A DNA stretch of 63,523 bases from Nanobdellota archaeon. Lineage in GTDB: Archaea > Nanobdellota > Nanobdellia > Woesearchaeales > ARS49. Position numbers and translations under genes: made by a program. Numbering within the stretch: the first letter of the stretch is position 1; each line of letters starts with the position of its first letter. The stretch is from positions 1 through 63,523 of the forward strand of contig JBFYLW010000065.1 of assembly GCA_041305185.1 (NCBI GenBank), written 5' to 3'. The notes under the pieces are model-generated. The model saw only the letters and a program-made list of their open reading frames with translations, was not told the DNA's origin and did not search any database. Shown here piece by piece: positions 8,047 through 17,076 of the stretch.

Positions 8047-8401
8047 ATGATGATATTACTTCCTGTCTTTTTCCTAAACCCATCGAATTCGATGGGATTA
8101 AAATCTTCCGGCTTTGCTTCTAATTATGGCATATTTGCCATATTAAAAAGACTGGATAATTCTGAACATATTTTTCGTATTTGCACAATCCGTTTTCCTC
8201 AATTTTCCATCTTCTGCTGGCAATTTCAGTTGGTTACAATTTGTAACCACCCGGCAAATCGGTTTATAAATCCCGCGCGCACAGTTGTCCAGTGGGTTGT
8301 GAACAAATCAGACGTGACAGACCAATAAACAAGGAAAAGTAACATTTATATATAAGAAGTCGTTCATATCGACTATCAAGTTCAAACGAGGTGATTAAGT
8401 T

Positions 8402-8899
8402 ATGGAAGAAGAACATAGAGGAATAGCACTCGTAATTCTAGGCATAATAGCCGTAATTGCAGTGATAGGTCTAGTGTTAATGTTCTCAGGCGCAAAAAAA
8501 AGCGCAGGAGCAATACCAACATTATTTGGAAGCGAAGCCCCATCAGGATTCTGCGACAGCCCATGCACATTTGCATTCGGCGCCTCACAATCCGAAGTAG
8601 CAATGCAAACACAAAGATTCATGGCAAGAGGCTTCGTACCAGTAGGACAAGTACAATTCAAGTACATAGCTGACGATTTCGGCCTAATGGGACAGTGCTT
8701 ATGCCCACCAGAAGGAATACCACAATTCGTACCAACAACCGAGCAAGCACAAATAGTCTACGGAACACCATTATCGGGAAGAACACCAGGAACACCATCA
8801 CCAATGTATGTAGAAACACCTGGACCAACAATCGGACAATACCCGGTAAACGTACAAAAAGTTCCAAGCTATCCATACCCAGCAAGCTTGAACAAGTAA
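8402..8899 (+). CDS. Cys/Pro-rich secreted or membrane-anchored protein; possible class III (pilin-like) signal peptide
   Basis: TATA tttatatata (8343-8352) and SD gaggtga (8388-8394). The N-terminus is MEEEHRG followed by the hydrophobic stretch IALVILGIIAVIAVIGLVLMF. Confidence 0.6.
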   Translation: MEEEHRGIALVILGIIAVIAVIGLVLMFSGAKKSAGAIPTLFGSEAPSGFCDSPCTFAFGASQSEVAMQTQRFMARGFVPVGQVQFKYIADDFGLMGQCLCPPEGIPQFVPTTEQAQIVYGTPLSGRTPGTPSPMYVETPGPTIGQYPVNVQKVPSYPYPASLNK

Positions 8900-8940
8900 T
8901 TTTTTTTTAATTTCTAATTTTTTCTTCTGATTTTTTATTT
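8900..8940 (+). terminator. Oligo-T terminator region
   Basis: A T9 run (8900-8908) follows the stop codon, then T6 and T6 runs. Confidence 0.5.
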
Positions 8941-9000
8941 TCTTCAGCATAACGAAGAATTAGACACTCCTCACTCCATAATGTCGCATTTGTTCGTCGG
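8940..9000 (+). repeat. Intergenic hairpin-module element E3
   Basis: Hairpin ttcttc-agcataac-gaagaa (8940-8959), then ttagacactcctcact (8960-8975) and ccataatgtcgca. This parallels E2 and the 3' module of the inserts at 54094 and 62210. Confidence 0.55.
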
Positions 9001-9016
9001 ATAAATAAGAAAAAAA

Positions 9017-9937
9017 TTATTCCTCATCCATAACAAGACGAGCAATATTGTTAGTCAAAGTAACCATGCTCCTGAACAATTCAGCAATACCAGCAGGCAA
9101 CTCACCAGCATCCTTCAAGAGCTCTTCACGCTGCAAAGCAACACCATCAGCCAACTTCCTGTCACGCGTGAAATAACCCTTCATAACCTCCAAATAGCCC
9201 TTCTCAACACGCTGGAAAATAGATTTCAACTTATCCTTCTTCTTTTCCTTGCCAAGATATTCGGCCAACTGCTTAGCGCAATCAGCAAAATTCTCCAAGT
9301 TAATAGTCAAATAATAATAACTCAAAACCTTATTGTTAGACAACTGGAAAAAGTCAGCAATCTGCTTGTTAGACAACGAACTCTTCAACAAACGAATCAA
9401 AAGAAAATAAGCACGATTAACCTCATAATCACGCACAACAACAGACTGAGAAAGCTCAGCATTATCAACAGCAGCAATACTATCCTGAATCATACTCCTA
9501 ACAAGCATGTCCATCCTGCGCAAAGTCTTATCAATACTGATTTCCTTCAAATTCAACAAGTCCTTAGCAATAATACTGTTAGCACTCTGATCAGCAACCT
9601 CCAAAGCAACAAAATCATGCAAAACTTTACGGATGTCTTTTGTCTTCTGGGTAATAGTCTGACCAGACAAAATAATCGTGTTATAATTGTTAATGTATGC
9701 ACTAGTAATCTCGCGCTGAATAGTACTAAGCTCCTTATTATCAACAGAAATAGTCACAGTCTTCTCAGGAACAACCTCATCAGCCTTGCTCTCAGGAGAA
9801 ATAACAAGCTCCTTATCACCTTTCTCATACAAGTAAACAAGATCACCCTTCTTCAACTTATGAGAGTCCAACCACTCTTTGGGCAAAGAAATAGTATGCG
9901 ATGCCTGACCAGCCTTGACTAATCTACGAATTATCAT
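9017..9937 (-). CDS. AbrB/SpoVT-domain plus PhoU-like phosphate-uptake-type regulator
   Basis: Starts at MIIRRLVKAGQASHTISLPKEWLDSHKLKKGDLVYL (AbrB-like swapped hairpin). SD gaggtg lies upstream of the ATG at 9937. The helical PhoU-like remainder follows. Confidence 0.65.
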   Translation of the reverse strand: MIIRRLVKAGQASHTISLPKEWLDSHKLKKGDLVYLYEKGDKELVISPESKADEVVPEKTVTISVDNKELSTIQREITSAYINNYNTIILSGQTITQKTKDIRKVLHDFVALEVADQSANSIIAKDLLNLKEISIDKTLRRMDMLVRSMIQDSIAAVDNAELSQSVVVRDYEVNRAYFLLIRLLKSSLSNKQIADFFQLSNNKVLSYYYLTINLENFADCAKQLAEYLGKEKKKDKLKSIFQRVEKGYLEVMKGYFTRDRKLADGVALQREELLKDAGELPAGIAELFRSMVTLTNNIARLVMDEE

Positions 9938-10178
9938 TTTAACACCTCTTTTAGCCGTACTATCGTACATTATGTTCCATAAGTATATATAAATCTTTTG
10001 CCAAACAAAATAACATTGATGCTGGCGTGTATCACAACACAACACAAAAAAAACGCATCACTCACAGGGCAGGCCTAAAAAACCTGCCACTTTTATTATC
10101 AACCCCCCTCAATTGGCGCGTCCCAAAAATCTTATTCTCGCGCCAAACAAAGCGAGCTAGAGAGAAAACTGTAAAATC

Positions 10179-11252
10179 ATGACACAATCCCAAGTAATTG
10201 AACAAGCAAAAAGATTTCTCACAAATATTTCCAAAACTGACAAAGTCTGCATAATACACGACACAGACCCAGACGGAGTATTCTCCGCAATAATAACAGC
10301 CAAATGCATAGAAAGACTACGAGGCAAAAAAATAGAACTACACATACCTTTGGAGAAAGAAGAATACGGAATAACCTCGCGAATGATAAAACAAATACAA
10401 AAACACAAAATCACAAAACTCATAACACTCGATTTCAGCGCAGAACAAAACCTGCCAGTACTAAAAAAACTCGAAAAACAAGCAGACATACTAGCCATAG
10501 ACCACCACAAAATATACGCAGACTACAAAAGCAACAAAACAATCCTCTACAAACCACAATACTTCACAAACATACAACCCAGCACTTACTGCACAGCAAA
10601 ACTCGCATACGATCTAACAAGCAAAGTAACAGACGTATCAGACCTAGACTGGATGGCAGCAACAGCATCAATAGCAGACATAGCAACAGCACCCTGGAAA
10701 AAATGGCTCTCACAAGTATTCAAAAAATACAAAATGAAAACGAACAAGGAATTATTCAAAACAAAACTCGGAAAAGTCGCAGCAATAATCAGCAGCACAG
10801 AAGTATACGACGTCAGATTAATACCAGAATGCTACGAAATAGTCTACAAAACAAAAAAACCACAAGACATATTCAAAACAAAACTTCGCAAGTATAACAA
10901 AATAATCGACGATGAACTCAACAAGCACATCAACCTATTCAAAACAAAAGCAAAAAGAAAAGGACAACTGCACGTATACGAAATGACCTCAAAATACAGA
11001 ATCCACTCCCCAATAAGCACACTAATAGCAATAAAAAACCCCCACAAAACCATCATAATTATAAACAAGAAAAACAAAATAATAGCAGCAAGCGCCAGAA
11101 GAGAAGACTACAAAGTCGCGGTCAACAAACTGCTGGAAAACGCGATCAAAGGATTCAAAGGCGCAAACGCAGGAGGCCACACACCAGCAGCAGGAGCAGG
11201 CTTCCACAAAAAATATTTGAAAAAATTCAAGGAAAGACTATGGAACTCCTAA
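10179..11252 (+). CDS. DHH/DHHA1-family phosphoesterase (RecJ/NrnA-like)
   Basis: Motifs IIHDTDPDG, AIDHHK and a C-terminal GGHTPAAG (DHHA1 GGGH-type). Confidence 0.75.
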   Translation: MTQSQVIEQAKRFLTNISKTDKVCIIHDTDPDGVFSAIITAKCIERLRGKKIELHIPLEKEEYGITSRMIKQIQKHKITKLITLDFSAEQNLPVLKKLEKQADILAIDHHKIYADYKSNKTILYKPQYFTNIQPSTYCTAKLAYDLTSKVTDVSDLDWMAATASIADIATAPWKKWLSQVFKKYKMKTNKELFKTKLGKVAAIISSTEVYDVRLIPECYEIVYKTKKPQDIFKTKLRKYNKIIDDELNKHINLFKTKAKRKGQLHVYEMTSKYRIHSPISTLIAIKNPHKTIIIINKKNKIIAASARREDYKVAVNKLLENAIKGFKGANAGGHTPAAGAGFHKKYLKKFKERLWNS

Positions 11253-11348
11253 AAGCAGGACTAGCAGTAGCAAGCATCATCGCCGTAATGGCAATATTCG
11301 CAGCACTACTCGTGATAAGCGGAAGAATGGTGTTAATGGCGTAAGATA

Positions 11349-11356
11349 TTTAAATA
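11349..11356 (+). promoter_or_regulatory. TATA box for ugd (leaderless-type spacing)
   Basis: tttaaata ends 22 nt before the ATG at 11378. Confidence 0.55.
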
Positions 11357-11377
11357 AGACAAAGCCAGTTTCTTATT

Positions 11378-12772
11378 ATGAACATAGCAGTAATTGGTGC
11401 CGGGTGGGTGGGTGCAACCCACGCAGCCGTCATGGCATTTTTTGGTCATAAGGTGTATGCCTATGATTTAAACAAAGAAAAAATAGCAGATTTCGCTTCT
11501 GGAAAAGAAGAGCTAATAGAACGCAACGTGTTTGAACCAGAGCTGGCTCATTTAATAAAAGCACATCCTGAAACTTTAAAATTCACATCAGACATTAAAA
11601 CACTTGAAGAGTTTCTAAACGTGGTTGATGTCATATTTCTCTGCCTGCCAACTCCGGCACAGGAATTGGAACTGCCATACCAGAAAAGAAGCCTATTCAT
11701 TGCAATAAAATCCTTGTCTGAAATTCTCTGCAAACGTAACAGCGGAAAACAGTCAAAACATGTTTTGATAGTCACAAAAAGCACAGCTCCAATTGGAACA
11801 GCGGATTTGCTAAAAAAAGAATTAGAGTTAAACGGAGTGAAAAACTTCGGTGTCGGCTCAAATCCTGAATTTTTGGCAGAAGGAAAAGCAATATTAGGAG
11901 GTCAGAATCCAGATAGGGTCGTAATCGGAATATCTTCACAGATGGACGAAGAAATTTTAAGAGATGTTTATAGATCTTTGAGCAGCCAAAAACTCAAGGC
12001 AGTGAAACCAGCAGACGCGGAAGCTATAAAGTTGTTGTCAAACTATGAGCTCTTCAGCAGAATCGTCATGACTTACCAGGTTGGTGGAAGATTATGCGAA
12101 TTAATTCCTGCATTGACATTCGAGAATGTGATGGCAGGAGTCACAAGTGATGAACGCATACCAAAATGGGGTCACTTTACTAGCTTATATGCAGGGGGAA
12201 GCTGTTTCAAAAAAGATGCAGAGAATTTGTTAAGAACGGTGAGTGTTTATGATAATGTTGACTGCACAAAAAACTTCATAAAAGTTGTACTTGAAGGCAA
12301 CGAAAACCAATTTAAAAGATTTTATGAAAGAGCTAAGAAGGAGGCTAATTTTTCTTTTAAAGAAAAAAAAATAGCGTTTTTGGGTACTTCATTCAAACGG
12401 GGCACTAATGACGTGCGATGCTCGCCTTCTGTTATGCTAACTGAATGGTTGTGCCGTGATGGTGCAAAAGAGATAAAAACCTACGATCCTAAAGGAAATG
12501 AGCATTATTTGAGTTTGTTTAAAAACAAGCCAGAAGAGAAAATAATAACATTATGCAAAAACACAGAAGAAGCACTCAAAGATACAGACGTATGCATAAT
12601 CTGCACAGACTGGCCGGAGTTCGAATTCATAACACCGCACTTTTTGGAACTCAAAAAGTCATGCTTAATAATGGATGGCAGAAGAAGCCTGGCAAAAGAC
12701 TACGTGAAGCTTAATAAGGCAGGGTTCTCGATTGTTGCAGTTGGTTCTCCATACCTTCCCGCAAGTTCCTGA
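11378..12772 (+). CDS. ugd: UDP-glucose/GDP-mannose dehydrogenase family enzyme (nucleotide-sugar 6-dehydrogenase)
   Basis: N-terminal Rossmann MNIAVIGAGWVG, NPEFLAEGKA, and the catalytic-Cys motif GGSCFKKD. Confidence 0.85.
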   Translation: MNIAVIGAGWVGATHAAVMAFFGHKVYAYDLNKEKIADFASGKEELIERNVFEPELAHLIKAHPETLKFTSDIKTLEEFLNVVDVIFLCLPTPAQELELPYQKRSLFIAIKSLSEILCKRNSGKQSKHVLIVTKSTAPIGTADLLKKELELNGVKNFGVGSNPEFLAEGKAILGGQNPDRVVIGISSQMDEEILRDVYRSLSSQKLKAVKPADAEAIKLLSNYELFSRIVMTYQVGGRLCELIPALTFENVMAGVTSDERIPKWGHFTSLYAGGSCFKKDAENLLRTVSVYDNVDCTKNFIKVVLEGNENQFKRFYERAKKEANFSFKEKKIAFLGTSFKRGTNDVRCSPSVMLTEWLCRDGAKEIKTYDPKGNEHYLSLFKNKPEEKIITLCKNTEEALKDTDVCIICTDWPEFEFITPHFLELKKSCLIMDGRRSLAKDYVKLNKAGFSIVAVGSPYLPASS

Positions 12773-12855
12773 AATGTTTTTAAACCAAATACTTATCGCG
12801 AATTTATGCGAGTTTTAGTAACAAGCGTAGCTTCAGGGTGAAAAATAAATATTAA

Positions 12856-13074
12856 AAACACAAATTCAATATAACAATACCATTACAGAGAATAAGTAAA
12901 GTGAATGAGGTCATACTTGTAGTAGCACACAAAAAGTATCAAAGCCTGGTATTTGAACAACTCAAGAAGTACAAGCCAGACAACTCATTGTTAATAGACA
13001 GAAAGAACTTCTATGATGGAAAGGAAGCAGAGAAGATGGGAATATTGGTGGTAGCTTGTAACAAGCTTTATTAA
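12856..13074 (+). pseudogene. Remnant of the C-terminal end of a second nucleotide-sugar dehydrogenase
   Basis: A short open frame with no good start reads ...VNEVILVVAHKKYQSLVFEQLKKYKPDNSLLIDRKNFYDGKEAEKMGILV... This resembles the C-terminal domain of WecC/TviB-type dehydrogenases (xVILAVAHxxF...LIDxK). Confidence 0.45.
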
Positions 13075-13096
13075 TGCCCTTTTGCATCTTTTGTAT

Positions 13097-14584
13097 ATGT
13101 ATTTGAGAAACACTGCAATAAACAGTATAATAGCATTAGTATTCACATTTATCGCAGCTGTGGCAGGATATGCTTTTAGATTGCTGCTGGCACATAAGTT
13201 GACAGTTGCTGATTATGGTCTTTTTTATGCGATATTCTCATTTTTCGGCTTTTTTGTCATATTTATAGATCTTGGACTAACACAATCGCTTGCCAGAACA
13301 ATAGTTGAATTCAGAGTGAAAAAAAGACTGGATTTGATAAAAAGTGCTATTTTATCCTGTTTTTTTCTGCAAATAACTCTATCAATAATAATATCAACAA
13401 TATTTTTAGTCCTGGCATTATACACTCCGGTAATAAACAATTACTTTAAAACACAAAATTCAGCACTTTTTATTCTAATGTTAATATGGTTTGTAACTCT
13501 TCCCATAGACCTGATAATTCAATCATTTCTGACAGGATTTCAAAGAATAAAACTTTTTTCAGCTATGGGATCGATAAAAGCCACACTCATTTTTTGCTTT
13601 GCTTTTATCTTATTTTATCTCGGCTGGGATAAAATGGCACCATTTTTAAGCTATGCTATATGCAACATATCGCTGCTAATCCTGCTTTTTCCATTTCTAT
13701 TATCAACATTTCCTAATTTTCTATATGTCCCCTATGAATTGAATTATAAAATATTAAAAAAAATAATAGTTTATGGCGCATTTCTTGCATTTGCTGGATT
13801 GGCCTGGTCAGTTGTGACCTATACTGACAGCATGATGATTTTGCTATTTAGAGATACAACTGAAGTGGGATTGTACCAGGCAGCTCTGCCATTGGCCGGA
13901 ATTTTAATGTTTTTCATAAATGCATTAAATACAGTTGTATATCCCTTATTTTCCAGACTGAGCGCAGAAAAAAACAATGAAAAAATTGTACAAGGCGCAA
14001 GCCTACTATATAAGTATATATTTGTCGGAATGATACCTCTTGCGTTTGTAATGTTCAGCTTTCCAGAAATAATAATCGATTTGCTTTTCGGAACAAAATT
14101 CATAGGAGCGGTAAATGCATTACGAATACTCTCCGTAGGAACAATATTTTTCTCGCTTGCAGGTTTTAATATAACTGTACTTTTAGCAACTGGAAATGCG
14201 AAAGTCATTGCCAAGCTCGCGGGAATGATAGCCATTTTCAATATTATCAGCAATTTTATTTTCGTACCATACTATGGATTTACCGGCGCTGCTTTCACTA
14301 CGGCTCTAAGCTTCACTCTTCTACTTTTAGGAACATTATTTATCATCAAAAAACATTTTATAATCTCTCTGCCTATAAGAAACTGGATATTGAATTTCCT
14401 TATTGGCTTACTAACAATAGCTTTAATCTGGTATGTAAAAAATAAATTGATTATGAACTTGTGGCTAGAACTTTTTGTTATAATACTTATTGCGGGCATA
14501 TTTTATACAGCTTTACTATTTTTGTTCAGAATAGTGCGATTAAAGGAAATATTTTCGATTATGAAAGCGGTTATAAAAGGTTAA
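13097..14584 (+). CDS. Wzx-like oligosaccharide/polysaccharide flippase (MOP superfamily)
   Basis: Protein of about 495 aa with roughly 12-14 hydrophobic segments, in a glycan-cluster context. ATG at 13097 is preferred over TTG at 13082. Confidence 0.7.
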   Translation: MYLRNTAINSIIALVFTFIAAVAGYAFRLLLAHKLTVADYGLFYAIFSFFGFFVIFIDLGLTQSLARTIVEFRVKKRLDLIKSAILSCFFLQITLSIIISTIFLVLALYTPVINNYFKTQNSALFILMLIWFVTLPIDLIIQSFLTGFQRIKLFSAMGSIKATLIFCFAFILFYLGWDKMAPFLSYAICNISLLILLFPFLLSTFPNFLYVPYELNYKILKKIIVYGAFLAFAGLAWSVVTYTDSMMILLFRDTTEVGLYQAALPLAGILMFFINALNTVVYPLFSRLSAEKNNEKIVQGASLLYKYIFVGMIPLAFVMFSFPEIIIDLLFGTKFIGAVNALRILSVGTIFFSLAGFNITVLLATGNAKVIAKLAGMIAIFNIISNFIFVPYYGFTGAAFTTALSFTLLLLGTLFIIKKHFIISLPIRNWILNFLIGLLTIALIWYVKNKLIMNLWLELFVIILIAGIFYTALLFLFRIVRLKEIFSIMKAVIKG

Positions 14585-14648
14585 TACAAAGAAGGTTTTT
14601 TAACCAAAAAAGTTAAATACCCTATTCTTTCTAAACATTACATATAAC

Positions 14649-15428
14649 ATGAAGGTGGTAATATTAGCAGGGGGGCTTGGTTCAAGACTAAGCGAAGAAA
14701 CCGATTTAAAACCAAAGCCAATGGTAGAAATAGGCGGCAAACCAATACTTTGGCACATAATGAAAATATACTCGCACTACGGGTTCAACGATTTCATAAT
14801 ATGCTGCGGATACAAAGGACACCTCATAAAAGAATATTTTGCCAACTATTTCCTCTATAATTCCGATATAACTGTCGATATTAAGCAGAATCAATTAACA
14901 ATACATGATTCACATGCAGAACCCTGGAAAATCACACTGGTAGATACAGGCCCAAACACCATGACTGGAGGAAGAATAAAACGCATCCAAAAATATGTAA
15001 ACGGTGAAACCTTCATGGTGACTTACGGAGATGGAGTCGGCTCAATAGATATTGCCAAACTTGTTGAATTCCATAAAAACCAGAAAAAACACGCAACAGT
15101 CACTGCAGTCAGACCACCAGGACGATTTGGAGCACTTAAACTATCACCAGACGAACGTTTAGTCTCTCTTTTCCAAGAAAAACCGCAGGGAGACGGCGGC
15201 AGGATAAATGGAGGATTTTTTGTATTCGAACCGGAAATATTCAAGTATTTGAACGCAGATGAAACAAAGCTTGAACAGGATGCCTTAGAGCAATTAGCCA
15301 AGGCAGGACAACTCTCAGCATTCAAGCACGAAGGATTCTGGAAACCAATGGACACACTCCGAGACAAAATGGATCTTGAGCAGCTCTACCAATCAGGTAC
15401 TGCGCCATGGATAATATGGAAAACGTGA
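14649..15428 (+). CDS. rfbF: Glucose-1-phosphate cytidylyltransferase
   Basis: MKVVILAGGLGSRLSEETDLKPKPMVEIGGKPILWHIMKIYSHYGFNDFIICCGYKG is highly characteristic of RfbF/DdhA. Confidence 0.85.
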   Translation: MKVVILAGGLGSRLSEETDLKPKPMVEIGGKPILWHIMKIYSHYGFNDFIICCGYKGHLIKEYFANYFLYNSDITVDIKQNQLTIHDSHAEPWKITLVDTGPNTMTGGRIKRIQKYVNGETFMVTYGDGVGSIDIAKLVEFHKNQKKHATVTAVRPPGRFGALKLSPDERLVSLFQEKPQGDGGRINGGFFVFEPEIFKYLNADETKLEQDALEQLAKAGQLSAFKHEGFWKPMDTLRDKMDLEQLYQSGTAPWIIWKT

Positions 15429-16528
15429 ACTTTAAGGCTTATAATAACAAGAAGGTTCTGATTACTGGTCATACAGGTTTCAAAGGAGCCTGGCTGGCAT
15501 TATGGCTGCACAAATTAGGCGCGAAAATAATCGGTTATTCTTTACCTCCGCCAACACAACCAAACCTTTTCGAAGCCATACAGTTGGAAAAAGATATCAT
15601 TCACATAACTGGAGATATGCGCGACAAAGAAGCTCTTGAAAAAGCATTCAAAGAACACAACCCTGAAATCGTTTTTCATCTTGCCGCTCAGCCACTCGTA
15701 AGATACTCACACCAGGACCCGAGATACACCTACGAAACAAACGTTCTCGGCACGCTAAATGTGCTCGAAGCAGTAAAAAAAACACCCAGCGTAAAAGTAT
15801 TCATCAACATAACCACAGACAAATGCTATGAAAACAAAGAAGTACTTTACGGCTATAAAGAAACAGACCCGTTAGGCGGAAACGACCCGTACAGTTCAAG
15901 CAAAGCCTGCTCAGAAATCATTACACATGCTTACAGACATTCCTTTTTCAACCCTGAGCAATACGGCAGCAAGCATAATGTCGCAATAGCAACTGTCAGA
16001 GCCGGGAATGTGATTGGAGGAGGCGACTGGGCAGAAGACAGACTCGTACCTGACTGTGTAAAAGCACTATCACAAAAAAAGACAATCATATTAAGAAATC
16101 CAAAAGCAATACGCCCCTGGCAGTTCATTCTAGAACCACTCTCAGGCTATCTTTGCCTGGGTGCACATTTACTACAAAATGGCGCTAATTTTTCACAAGC
16201 CTGGAATTTTGGACCAGATGAGAGTGATGCAGTTCCTGTCGAGACTGTGGTTAAATCAGCCATACAACATTGGGGCTCTGGAGAGTACACTGTTACGCCT
16301 GATTTAAATATCAAAGAAGCAAAATTGCTCACTCTTAACGCACAAAAAGCGCAAACACAACTCAACTGGAAACCAATCTATAAGTTCAGCGATGCAATCA
16401 AACACACCCTTAATTGGTACAAAAAATACTACATAAACAAGAGTGGATTACGAGAACAATGCTTGCAGGACATAAACAATTATACTGAGACTGCAAAAAA
16501 ACAAAACCTGCCTTGGAGCGCAGAATAA
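15407..16528 (+). CDS. rfbG: CDP-glucose 4,6-dehydratase
   Basis: The SDR fold motif VLITGHTGFKGAWLALWL and its position after rfbF. YSSSK supplies the catalytic Tyr/Lys. Confidence 0.8.
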   Translation: MDNMENVNFKAYNNKKVLITGHTGFKGAWLALWLHKLGAKIIGYSLPPPTQPNLFEAIQLEKDIIHITGDMRDKEALEKAFKEHNPEIVFHLAAQPLVRYSHQDPRYTYETNVLGTLNVLEAVKKTPSVKVFINITTDKCYENKEVLYGYKETDPLGGNDPYSSSKACSEIITHAYRHSFFNPEQYGSKHNVAIATVRAGNVIGGGDWAEDRLVPDCVKALSQKKTIILRNPKAIRPWQFILEPLSGYLCLGAHLLQNGANFSQAWNFGPDESDAVPVETVVKSAIQHWGSGEYTVTPDLNIKEAKLLTLNAQKAQTQLNWKPIYKFSDAIKHTLNWYKKYYINKSGLREQCLQDINNYTETAKKQNLPWSAE

Positions 16529-17076
16529 TGGAATTTACAGAAACACCATTGAAAGGAGCATACATTCTAAAACTCAGCCCTATTGCCGACAACAGAGGCT
16601 CTTTTGTAAGACTGTTTGCCAAAGAAGAACTTAAAAAAATCGGGCACACTGAAGAAATCGTCCATATCAATCATAGTGTTAACAAACAAAAAGGCACAAT
16701 AAGAGGAATGCACTACCAACTGCCACCACATTCAGAAGTTAAAATCATCCGTTGCATTAAAGGAGCAGTATTTGACGTGATAATAGACTTAAGAAAAAAC
16801 TCGCCAACCTTCTTAAAATGGCACGGAGAAATCCTATCCAGAGACAAAATGAACATGATATACATACCAAAAGGATTTGCGCACGGTTTCCAGGCATTAG
16901 AGGACGACTGTGAGCTCATTTATCTGCATACAAATACTTATCAGGCCGCAAGCGAGCGAGGAATACGACACGATGACCCATTGATTAAAATTGATTGGCC
17001 GTTGCCATCAACACAAATATCTGACAGGGATAAAAGTTTTCCTTTGCTTGACAAGGATTTTGGAGGAATAAAATGA
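16528..17076 (+). CDS. RmlC-like cupin, NDP-4-keto-6-deoxyhexose 3,5- (or 3-/5-) epimerase
   Basis: The ATG overlaps the rfbG stop (TAATG). RfbC-family signature regions are ...RGMHYQ...KIIRCIKGAVFDVIIDLR...PKGFAHGF. Confidence 0.75.
   Translation: MEFTETPLKGAYILKLSPIADNRGSFVRLFAKEELKKIGHTEEIVHINHSVNKQKGTIRGMHYQLPPHSEVKIIRCIKGAVFDVIIDLRKNSPTFLKWHGEILSRDKMNMIYIPKGFAHGFQALEDDCELIYLHTNTYQAASERGIRHDDPLIKIDWPLPSTQISDRDKSFPLLDKDFGGIK

Noticed and set aside
8047-8120. C/D-box sRNA suggested by atgatga at 8047-8053. A similar motif occurs at 3632-3638.
   Set aside because: There are no CTGA D or D' boxes at the expected spacing and no terminal stem.
8047-8328. 93-aa ORF in the T-rich spacer.
   Set aside because: There is no promoter or RBS logic, the translation is low-complexity and hydrophobic, and the composition is atypical. 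It is treated as non-coding.
11239-11343. Apparent small hydrophobic peptide just after the DHH gene.
   Set aside because: On re-reading codon by codon, the hydrophobic frame is only 18 codons from its first ATG (11288). The frame starting at 11239 is not hydrophobic.
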